A DNA stretch of 64,000 nt from NCBI GenBank assembly GCA_002633005.1, contig NMRA01000027.1:1545490-1609489 (forward strand), written 5' to 3'. The notes below the pieces were generated by a model, which saw nothing but the letters and a program-made list of their open reading frames with translations, was not told where the DNA came from and did no database searches. Each line of letters begins with the position of its first letter. Positions within the stretch are counted from its first letter, which is position 1. Position numbers and translations under genes: made by a program. The DNA is from Phoronis australis. Taxonomy: Eukaryota; Animalia; Phoronida. Shown here one piece after another: positions 36,449-48,400 of the stretch.

Positions 36449-39400
36449 TCAAAAAGAAGTGTCCATCATTTCTGTTTCCCTCTTCTTCTTAGTAAAAATA
36501 CGAGAGAAAAAGGAACTCTTCTTTGGAACAGGGGCAGTACAGTGTCCATGTACCACACTGGGCTTCGCAACAGTGACTGGCGCAGATTGATAACGCCTAT
36601 CTTGTAAACTCTGATGTGACGGCTGATTCAACTCACTCATCGATGAAGAAGAAAACAAACCAGAATTGATGCCAGATTCAGCACCTGATGATGTTGTTTC
36701 CATGGAGACCAATCCACTGTCTGATGAGGGACTAGAACGAAAGTGAGGCAGTGATGGTAACAATGAAGAGCTGACTTCATTGGATTTGTTGAAGACGCTC
36801 GTCTGCTCCGAGCTGCGCTTACAGTCCATTCTTGTGACCTCTGATGACGGCAACGACCGACCGTGTGAGAAATCTGTGCTTTCTTTCACCGAACGAACAA
36901 GTCTACTCCAGAACCACTCCTGGGTATCCGACTTGGTATAGTCACACAAGGTCACGTGCTTCAACACGGGAGGAATGTCATTCTTATCGAAGCCCTTGTC
37001 AATTAACACAGGAATCATGCGCTTGCTGTGCGACCCTAGAAGGCAAAAATAAACAACATCAAGATACTTCCGAGTAACTCTGAAGCAATGTCAAGTACAG
37101 TACAGCCACTGAATTTTTAGACTTCGTCCGGGCTACCTCACGCCTGGCCAGACCGGAGCGCAACCGGAACACAGGCGTGACAGAAATCAGTCACGGTCGC
37201 CTCACGCGTACTCTCCAGGTAGCCCTCACGCTTACCTCCGGTTTAGTTAACGCCTTCCTCATGCCTCGTTCACACTTTCTTCGTGCCTCCGTCACGCATA
37301 CCTCATGCTTTCTTCACGAATTCGGTAGCTGTGGTAACCATGGTAGGGCACCGGGCTAATCAGTAAAAATACATGTTACGTCTTGATTGGCTGTCGTTTC
37401 GGTAAAGTTGCAAAGACATTATAGTATATTATAGAGTATCTTTGCACGCGGTCATCTATCACACTTGGGTTCCGACTAACTCTGTAATTCCACGTGTTGT
37501 TCATACAAACGTCTTCCTTCAGCTTGTCTTGTGTTACACTTACATGTACATGTTCAAATTACGACTTAAGAGCCAGCCCCATCAACGACAAACATGTACA
37601 GTAACCACGGTTAGTAAATACGAATAAACGCGACCCTGTGCCCAGAGTCATCTTTACATGGCTGTGGACTCCTTGAAACTTGTCACAGGTGGATATAGTT
37701 AATTGGCCCTAAAAATAGCCTACGCATCTTGTGAAGTATTGTATCACTCCGTAAATTTTTGCACCGCAATGGCATACAGAAAATTTCAATAGGCCGCCCT
37801 TCTGACATACCCATCTCTTACTGCAAGCAAATGTTTTGACTTAAAAGTCCTGAATCCGTAGTGCAGTTCAATTATTTGTAGCCCACTCCCCGTAGTACAT
37901 GCGTTTCGACTGAGTACACAGTATCCCCGGAGTACTTCTTGACTAAAATAATAATAGCGGTCATCTGTTTGACTCGTCAAATGCATGGGCGTGATCAGTT
38001 TTCTCCGCATGATGCCGGAACTTGGGATCAATGTGCTCAGAATTGACATGCTATGCTCCTTCATATCCTGAAGGCAATTGAATAACTCCGCCGTGTACAC
38101 GCGTGTTAAGATTCTTTATTAGTTTATATAAAAAACAAATAATTATATATAAGTGAAAAGTAAAGTCCACAGGTCTGTTTTCTGAAGTGACTTAAAATTT
38201 GAGATGGAAATTTTGGTCTTTTACTGCACGTGACGATTTCAAAAAAAAAAATTAAACCTCACATGAGCAAAAGTCTATGAAAATACACAAATCACTGCTA
38301 GTTACTGATATAAAAAAATTACTTTATCGTCTGCGATGCAGGTAAACTCACGCCTAACTCACGGTAAGCTCCGGGTACAGTCACGCTTAGGCTCACGCCA
38401 GCTGTCATGGTTGATTCACGCCTCACTCTCCGGTCTGTCTCCGGTTACGGCCACTGGTGGCTAGACCGGAGAGACACCGAAGAGAGTCTAATAATTCAGT
38501 GGCTGTACTGTATTTGAAACAAGCCTCAAGACGAATTCAAATCCTATGCTTCAGAGGTTACAGTTTGACCTAAATGCCAACGCCCCTAGTAGACGAGTAA
38601 TTTAAGCGTCCTTAAATGCTAAGGTGACCGGCCACGATTTCATTTAGTTCCTTTGAAAGAGTGAATATGACAAATAATTGCAGGCAGTCTGATACACGTT
38701 GTACCGGACGTGCGCAGGCCACTCATATGGATCCATTGCACTGATAACCTAGAACTATTTTAGTGCTTTTATTAATATATAGTTAAAACCAAGCCGGGAG
38801 CTATAAACCTGACTCAAGGGTCTAGCAGAGTGGCCCAGCGAGACTTGAACCCACGACCTCGAGTAAAGAAAGCCGGTACCTATCACACTGCCTCCTCTGA
38901 AAGAGTGGAAGCCATCATAGGACACTGTTGATTATACCAAATCTCAAACAAAAAGTGTTTCACTTGTTTACCTATTGTCCAAGCTAATGAAGAAGGCTGT
39001 TCTACTCAACAATCACCAGCCACGTAACCGTTTACGGCCCTAAGACCCATCATGTCCCTTCAGGTGATGAATATGACTTTTATTCCCATTGATGAATTGC
39101 ATAATTTCAGTCAACTTTCTGGCACTTATTGTCCAAGTTTGTCACAATCCTGAGACACTGAGTTTTGCTAAATTCCAATTTAACATTGTGACACAGATTT
39201 ACAAAGCCTGCTACATAAAATTGGGCAGAAAAGTACTCAGAATCAGGATCATTAAAAAAAAATTGTTCCAGTGACTGCAATTCAAGCGTGCAAGCTAACC
39301 CTTACTCATGCCATACACTGGGGCTCACCAATGCGACTTCTGATTTCGTTTGGTGACCTGGTAAAATCCCAGGTCACCACAAAATCTCCATATGTCTCAG

Positions 39401-42400
39401 CACAATCTCAATGTGCTACAGGAATTAAATATATCCAGTCAGAATTGTTTGGCAAAAATTGGAACATCTGATAATAATCGTCTGCCTCAGGAGGCAAGCC
39501 TGTGGGGGATACTGGGCCCGAGAGCGCAAAATTGGTAAAACTGGTAATCACCAAGCCCACAAGACAGTCTTAAATTAAGATTCCGTTTGTGCAAAAAAAA
39601 TGTCGTTTTGTCGAACTCCGGTATGCCATACTTGCAAACATCTTCTGAGTTTACCAGTCTCTTTCAATTCATTTTTGGCTCTTGCCAGCAAGGTTTGGTA
39701 ACCTCAGCTATGGTTTCGCTCCTTGGGAATTTTGCCAGTTCGGATTTGATGAGTTGACATTACACTGATGGTCAAGCCCAGCAGGTAGAAAAAATATATA
39801 TATTAATAGACACACATACATACACATATATAACCCTTGTTTCATGATTAGGGAGTCCAATTTTGTGAATATATACTCGATACGTACCCCGCCATAAAAT
39901 GGACCCCGGTGCATATACTAACCTGGTGCCAGACAATGGGCAAACTTGACTTGGAAGTCACAAGCAGGACTTCTCAGGAAAGAGCGAGACAATATGACAA
40001 TCATTCGGTGGCAGCTGCAAACAAAACATTGACGGGAGGGAATTAGTGGACTTTTTGGAGAACTTATCAGACTGATAAAACCTACCTAATTTTGCACAAA
40101 ATATAAATATCCACACAAAATGGTTGATATCAAAAATTGGGTTGATCTTAAACAAGCAGACAGATTATGATGTGAGTAAAAAACAATCCACAACAAGCAC
40201 AGAGCTAACTAGGTGAACAAGCCACTTAAACCCTATCTTGAACGGTAACATTACTGTAAATACGGTAACATTACTGTAAATTTGGTTCCTGCAGTATGTT
40301 AAGAGCAGTGCTCTGAGCACACTAGTTCCATAAATTGTAAAATGTAACGAACTGTTAGGCGTATTGGTTTGCTTTTATCTACGTCGGCGCGAGAATCACC
40401 TTTTAATTCAAACAGCTGCGAATAACACTCGCTCGCAAAATCGGTAACTCGCCATTTTTAACACTCTGCGTGGTATGTGGTATGACGTCATATCCCCTGG
40501 CAGCTGGCGTACGCAGTGTAAAAATGGCAAGGTACCAATTTTGGGAACTGAACGAAGGACTGACCAAAGAAAAAGTTTGGTAACGGGAGTATTTCTTCGA
40601 GTTGGAAGGAATTAAATACATCGATGGCCTCCTAAGGTGTCCCTCTATGCACATAAGATATTTATAACAATGTGACTGATGTTTTAATCAGTGTGAGGCA
40701 TAATTCGTCGAAAACCTTCCAGCGTAAGAAGCTCTTATATGAGCTCCATCGTCTCTACTGGGCCAGCTAGAGACGGTGATCACTGTCTATCCATTATCAT
40801 GCTGAAGAATAATCAAGTGACACACAAAAGTGTTCAATATCACCAAATGTTCGCTGATGAAAATTGTATTTTTTCTGTCAATTTGACACATCGTTCATGC
40901 CAAGACGCTTTCGTGATCTTACAAGGTTAATGGGTTGTATTGTGGAGCAATTGCTATCTGTTCAGTCTCATCTCGAGTAACAAAGAACTGCCCGAGTCCT
41001 GAGATCCCTCAGGAAAAATTAACCCAGTTTCATGATGGAAGACCTAATTCACTAAAAGTTATATTTTGACAGTTGACAGGTCCACAGAACCTTTGTATTA
41101 GTAATTCACCAAAGAAGAGGAACAACCTACTGTTTCTCAATCACTTCTGCTGTCACTGTGTCCTTCGATACTCCAATATTTAGGTCACGTTCAGGAAGAA
41201 ATAGGTTACAGCTGTTCTCTTTTTCCAAGACATGCATAAGTTTCTTGACAAATCTTAAATCCTCTTCGGCATAGCACACAAAGGCATGGTACATGAGCGC
41301 TACAGAAGAATAAACAAATCAGTTTAGGCTATCATTTCAAGGTTAACAGTATCCACGGACATTTGACTACAAAGGTTTTTTCAGAAAACTGCCTTATAGA
41401 AAGGATTACACGCATCTCATTAAAAATTTAGAAGTTCTTCCAAATCAGTTTATGGAAGGTGGAGATGAAGATTTTTAATACACCTAGTGGTAAGGAAGAA
41501 ATTTGAAACTCTGTGCGACCCAGTCTGACAGATCATTGTGCAATATGGAAACACAATAGCATCTCATGGAGAGTAGTATACACAATGGCTATAAACATGT
41601 GATATGAAACTGAAACTGAGAGCGCAACTTCACTTGAAGAATGATCAACAAAGCCAACCCGACCTTTTATTTAGTCTCAGTAATTATCAAACGCTTTATC
41701 CATTTGGATTGTATAAAATAGTTGGCATGGTAAACCTTAACAATATTATAAAAAATTGCCAAAATTGAATGTTTTCATGTTCCAAAAGGTTCTAACACAG
41801 TTGCGAATACAATTTCTTAAAACATTCTTTGACAGTACCTATGGTGTAAAATTTAAGTCTTAAAGCATTTATTTGGCCCTACTTGTTTTTTATGACAGAA
41901 TCAAAAACAAAAATTTCACCTGTCCGATATATTGCTTTCGATATTGATGACATTTCACCATAAGTGCAACTTTCAGGATGAATAAATCCAGTGAAAGTGA
42001 TTTGATTGATAGTTATAATTGAAACTTACATGATCTTTCAGAGCTTGATACTGAAAAATAAAATAATTCACGAATTAAACTTGAATACTTAGGCAAAACA
42101 TGTCAAGGTTCAGTCAAACATAACACTAATTATATGTCAGTCATAACTTTTCGGTTTCAACTATTGTCGGATTTTTTCAAAAATGACAACAAGTTCAACA
42201 ACAGCCATGATAATTCTTTAATCCTAAACAACTTATTACACAGAATTATTACCATACCAACCATAAGATGGTACCTTTTCACCTGAGTGCAAATTCAATC
42301 CATTTGTAATTTTTCCTGCTACCATGTACGCAGTTTGTCCTACACACATATTATGCAAAATACGGCTGAATTCTGAGTGTAAGCACTCTTAATGCAAAAC

Positions 42401-45400
42401 ACTCGAGTCATACCAGGGAGCAAGTTATAAAACTAGTCCTGAGCTTGCAAGTGAAGGGTGAGGAGTTATTAGGTAAAATAAGTGGACAAATTTTCTTTTA
42501 AAGCAAAATGATTGACTCAACATTTAAGCCATTTATTAGGTTTCAACTTGTTCCTTAATCAGATGCGAAGTGACTTCTGGTGTTGGAAATAACAGACAGT
42601 TCGTGGTTACTCAAGACTGGAATCCGAAAATCAAATGACAAGTTGTAACAAGTCAACATGTATAGCCTCGTCTCCTACCAAAAGTCACTGAGAAATCACT
42701 CCTATTTTGACTAATGAGCAGTTTCTTAGTGGTAACTGATTTGTTACCTTGGTAACAAAGGATGGGTTTATAACTGCTTTAAAGATTTTAGGGTCATTTT
42801 AGTTAACTTAGACAAAGTTTATGTTTGTTAACGTTACCCAGGATCTAATCAATTTGCATGCATCACTCCAGAATTGACATTCGTGGCCCAGATCATTTCC
42901 CACCATCTTAGGATTGTGCTTGACATCGGGAGTGACAACATGTTTGTCACCTTGAATCGAGTCAGACCGATTATCTGTCTTCCACTGAGTCTTACACAGT
43001 ATACCTGGAGGTTTTTGCGCCAGGGGATGTAAGTATTATGAGCTCTCGAGGGGCATGGGTGTCCCCTATAACGGATTTCCAGTGAATGACATAATCCATC
43101 GTACTTGAGTTGTTTATGTCAACAACGTAGCATTCCCCATTCCTGCCACGTCTAAAGCAGTGCAAAACTATTGTATGTGCAGCAAAATTTCTTACCACCG
43201 GGTTACGAAAGGGACAAGCATGCAAAGATCACAATAAGCACATTCTGAAGAAGGACAACACACCATTGGTATTTCCTATTCTGTCACCACCAACACAGAT
43301 TGCTTCTTTAAAATGCGAAGTTTTGCAAGCTGCAGCCATAAAGCTGGAGATACCCGTGGAAGTGAACAGTCACTGTAGCATCCAAAGCCAGCAATTCACA
43401 CTGCTTCACCATGTGCTGATAGTATCTCAAGTACCAAAACTATCAGCAGCTCTACATCTTCCAGCAACGTTTCCAGATAGCTTGGTATTATTCGTAAGAA
43501 TAGCTCCATTCCGCTGTGGCTGTCATGACAAAAACTTGATCATTTGCTCCTAAATGCCCCAATAAGTATGTCCTAGACATCTTGCTCAGTAGGCTCGATC
43601 AATGCCCAACCCTTTCCGTATTTAGCCCTGTGTCTTACAGAGTGGCTCCCACAACCTGGTTGTGGAAGAATTCACTGTCACTTCCATAGGCTGTCATTTC
43701 TCAATCAACGATCCTCAAATTGTGGTTGTCGACTCTAGCCATTTCCCGTCCACTACAGATCAAACAATGGCTAAATCCCACTCAGTTGCTTTCTAGCTTA
43801 ATCTAGGATTGTCTGACAAGTCGTAGTAGGCAAATAATTACAGCTGCAATTTTTTGGTAAAGAGCAAGCAAGAAATGACGGTCACAAACATGAGTAGACA
43901 TGATCTGAGCTGTGGACTTCATTTCTTGAGTGACATGCACGCAGAGTTATTAAAAATTTGTGTAGGATAACTATAAAATCAAATTTTAAGAAAACATGAC
44001 GTTGAAATCAATTATCTTCCTACTTAAGTTGACATCCCATGCACGATCATTTCACATGGTTCCCATTCTTTTCCTCATTATCAGATTCAAGGAATTTTCA
44101 AGTACTCTCCAACACAAATTCATGCCCTCGTAAGTGTCCGCAAAATGTTCAACTGTGTTTAGTACTTCTCAAGTGAACAAGACTGTTCTGTACTGTAAGG
44201 CTTTTGGCACTCAATGAAAAATTATCGATTAAAAGTTTCAATAACGAACATTCCAACTCAAAAGAGAAAATAGCCAGAATCCAGTCCTGACTTTTCAATG
44301 CCAATGAACAAATACAAAGTACTTTTAATACACGGTGACTAAAACCAAAAACGAAATATTCCTTACGGGATTCCCTTATCCCAACCAACTCAAGTCGCAG
44401 GCAATGCGTATATGTGGTCGCATTTTTAAATTTGCAATTTTAGGGTTGGTGTGCACTTAGGGCTGTTCCAGTAAAATCTATATGGGAGGGGGGGGAAGGC
44501 ACCTTTTTTTCGCACCCACCACCCATATTTTTCATTTATTTTTTCAGCCTACCACCCGTAATTTTTTATAAGTTTGAAATGCAACCACCCGTAATTTTTT
44601 TTGTTCTTGTGGTTGACTGCACAGGCGCTTGAGTTTATCTGTTCCTCCATCACCACTAACGTCATTCATTACTACGAAAACATATGTTTCTTATATATGG
44701 TTATTAGCCGTCGAGAAATTCGAGCACCTGTGGTTAAATGGTGTTATGGGCATGCCGATGGGGAGATCAGAGGGAGTGAAAAAGTCGGAGCTTTTTGCAA
44801 GTTGCATTTTTGTTTCAGTTTTTGATTCTGTGCGGATTGTTTATAAAATTTACTAAAATTACCCACCATCAAACATTTATGGCCCAATGAAACAACAACG
44901 ACCTGTAAATTTTTATTTTTTTGAAGTACGACCACCAGCCATTTTGAATTTAAATCAAACGCAACCACCCATAAATTTTTATTTCAGTTGCCTTCCCCCC
45001 CCCTCCCACACAGATTTTGCTGGAACAACCCTTACTCACTCAACTAGTGCGCAATAGCATTTTTCCAAGAAACGTTCCTGACAACCTGGTCGGTTTACTA
45101 AACCGACCAGGTATGCATCATGCATATCACATAAAGTCATAAAACTTCAAAAGTAACAATTATCTAAAAACCATGATACTTGCCCAAGAGGTAATTTTGT
45201 AAACTTAAATAATAGCTAAAAGTAATTGTTTTGCATTTCCTCATGGGGATTTCTCAAAAAACATTCATGTCGGTGTCATGGGTGCGACGGTGTCCCATGT
45301 TTAACAGACACAAAACGTGTCAGTATGAGTCGCAAATTTAGTTGCTAATTTACGTAAAATTAAAAAGCATAAATACAATAATAAATGAGATTATTTTAGC

Positions 45401-48400
45401 ATGCAAATAACTGTGGTATCCCTGCAATGTGCATGGAACAGTGTTCAAGCGTTTAGTCTATCACACAAAAACAATGAATGAAATATTAATTTTTTCTTAT
45501 AAAATCAGACAGAAAATGTATATTCAGACAGCATTCAAAACGGTTCTTGGATAATCTTAAATTAATATATTTTTATTTTTGCACCAGTTTCTCACTTCGT
45601 GACAATTGGTTTTAAATCAAAAGAAAAGATACTTTTGAACAAATGCACTTATTTATAAATTGGGTATAAACGTGTACACAATCACGAAATAAAACGTGAT
45701 ACAATCGGTAACTGCTCAAGCCTCACCTTGATTTGACTGTATTGGTGGCCTACGGCTACATTCATAGTTAATGTCCTCTTCTGAAATAGTAAATAACAAG
45801 AAAACAAATTATCTAAAGAGGCAAAGGTACTGCATTCCGTCGAAGAATCTAATTCAATTCTGGCATCCGCACTCCCGCTCTTCTCAGTTGTGAGGTAGGA
45901 TTATATTGATTGTACAATGCTGTGCGCATGACAGGCTTTGCTGTCTTTTGTCCATCAGAACAGTGGGGAAGGGGTGAGCTGTGACATCCTGCATCCATGG
46001 ATATTTCTCCAGATTATCACACTTACTTGCAGCCCACAGCAAAGCAGTGATACTTTTCCTGCATGACTTAAATATGATGTAAAATATGATGTATTCATAT
46101 TGACTACAGATGCTAACTTGTGAATCTCCACTGGAGCGAAAGTAAGGCTGCTGACGTGCCTGCCATATCTGGGAGTGAGTAGCTATTTCGTACCTCATGG
46201 CACAGGAGAGCAATCAATGCGGGAGGCGAGAATGAGATTTTGTTTTTAGACCACTTGCAGTTATTCTGTGATTTTACCCTCAGGGAAAGGGGACTGAAAT
46301 GAAAGGTAATCTGGGGGCACTTTGAGATGAAGAAATAATGCAACATGGATCATTGAAATGTGCCCATGATTGCAATACAAATGGTGCGCTTCTAATGGTC
46401 ATTAGATGTCACAGAATACATCAAACCCGTCCAAAATTGGGAAAGTGTTGTCGTATCTTTGTTACGAAACTCTTTGTCAAATTTCATGATAATCCACTAC
46501 AGAACGCCAAACAGGCAGATGCAAAAATTTACAAATTGTCATTAAAAGGCACAGTGCTTGTTGAATCTGCACATCTGATGTCAATTTAAACGGAATAGAC
46601 TTAAAAAAATTGAGATCTTGCATGGGGTTTAGTACTAAAGATGCAGCCACAGATGCGAAAATAATTTCACTAGGAAGCACCAGTTATGCTGGACCCATCT
46701 AAAAATCCTACAGCACATTTGTACAATGGCCTTACACCTAGGACTTTGGCATTAAGGGGTAACACCTGAATGGCAATTGCAATTTGCTGAATTCATCACC
46801 GAAAACAGTATTACCAGGGATATGCCTAGACCACCATTAGCGCATAAAAAGATAAAAGGCGCAAGTACATTGCAGCAGTGCATCTTTTAAAATGCAACAC
46901 TCTTCCAAAAATGCAAGATTCTAGACAACTTATGACCAGTCAAGTAATATATAGGTCGCAGATTTCATTAAAATGAGACCAAGGGCCCTTTTAGTTTTCC
47001 AATATTTGGTCCAAAATTACCATTCCTGTTTACAAATGACAATGCGTAGCTCACTTCCAGCTACGACCTTGACATTCAATCATCCTTTGACAGAAGACGC
47101 CTTATCACATGCAGTCTGTTTGAAGTCTTTGGCAGATTGTGTTTTTTGTAACGTAATTTTCAAATAAAAATGCAACTTTCAGATGAACACGATTTTGTTC
47201 TTATTTCGATTGCCCTGGGAGTTTCCGTTTCATATGTTACCACTTTCATTACACAAAGTGTGTCGGGCACAGCTTTTTGAATAAGGCATACTTTTTATCA
47301 TCAGGAGTGCTCACAGGGCACAGGTTCAAACCTGGTCAGGAATATCGTTGCATTATCAAGCGCCATACAGTCAGTTTATTTTCTAGTAAGATTGCATGGC
47401 ATTGAACAACCACTTGCTGTCTCAGCTTAAGCCAACATAGCTGGATCTTTTAACAGATGAGGAATGTCTCAAGTATGTGGATGGTTGGCTCTGCATCGAG
47501 CTCTAATGACTTCCATAGATCCTCTTTTCCCATCTGAGCTTATTAATCATCACTGAGTCCATTCATTCAGCTTTGAGTCCCAGTGACAGGTAACTCCAGC
47601 TAGCTAAATGGAAATGAAACCAGCAAGTAAAAAATTCCAGCCACACTTTTGGAACAATAGCTAAATAAACAGTGGTGCCACCTGCATGCTGTATAGTTCG
47701 ACACAAGGGTGGTGCTTCCACATAAAAATATAAATTTCAATTTACAGTGAATATCATCGAATGAAGGATGCATATCTATGCAATGAAATCCACATGTACT
47801 AAATTTTGTTACTTTTGAGAAAATTTTATTAACATAATTTGAACCAGATCCATGAAAATCTGTTAACTTTCACTAGTGCTTTCCTCTCTCATTGCCAGTT
47901 TGTGGTACAATTTTCCCTGCCCATAACTCACCTAAGCTAACGGATGCTTATGAATCATGGTAAAAAAAGTTTTCGGGGACCACATCCGCTTTCATTGAGA
48001 GTAATGTGCAAAAGAACCAGAAAGGCTTGTTGAAAAAAAGGTATTAACTGACAATTTTAAGTATGAGTTGAAATCTTCTTACTACTACTTGGTGACTGGA
48101 ATTAGACTACGGGACATTTAAAATGTTGCCTGATTGGAAGTGCTATATGCCAAATGGTAAACTTTTGTGTGAGGATGATGCAGGTGTAGACATGTGATAG
48201 CATGTCTCCATAAAAAGACACTGATTTCAAAATACAGCGAATAACATCATAATGTGCAGTCACTGTGAGAGATTCTAGTCAACATAATTTGAACATCCAA
48301 GAAAATTTGTTGAGGTCTACTCGAGCTTCCCTCGCTGGATGCCATTTTCAGGAATTAAGTCACACAAAATAATGCTAGTTCAGGAACAAAAAGTTCAAGG

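Noticed and set aside
38825-38892. Functional tRNA gene
   Set aside because: B-box and T-arm-like part only; no complete acceptor stem or D-arm, so treated as a SINE relic.
40242-40281. 20-bp tandem duplication acggtaacattactgtaaat
   Set aside because: Ordinary intronic slippage duplication.
41920-43004. Additional MyD88 linker exons (candidates near 41920-41970, 42283-42339 and 42840-43004)
   Set aside because: Weak or phase-incompatible splice sites and no MyD88-like motif; cannot be excluded without RNA data.
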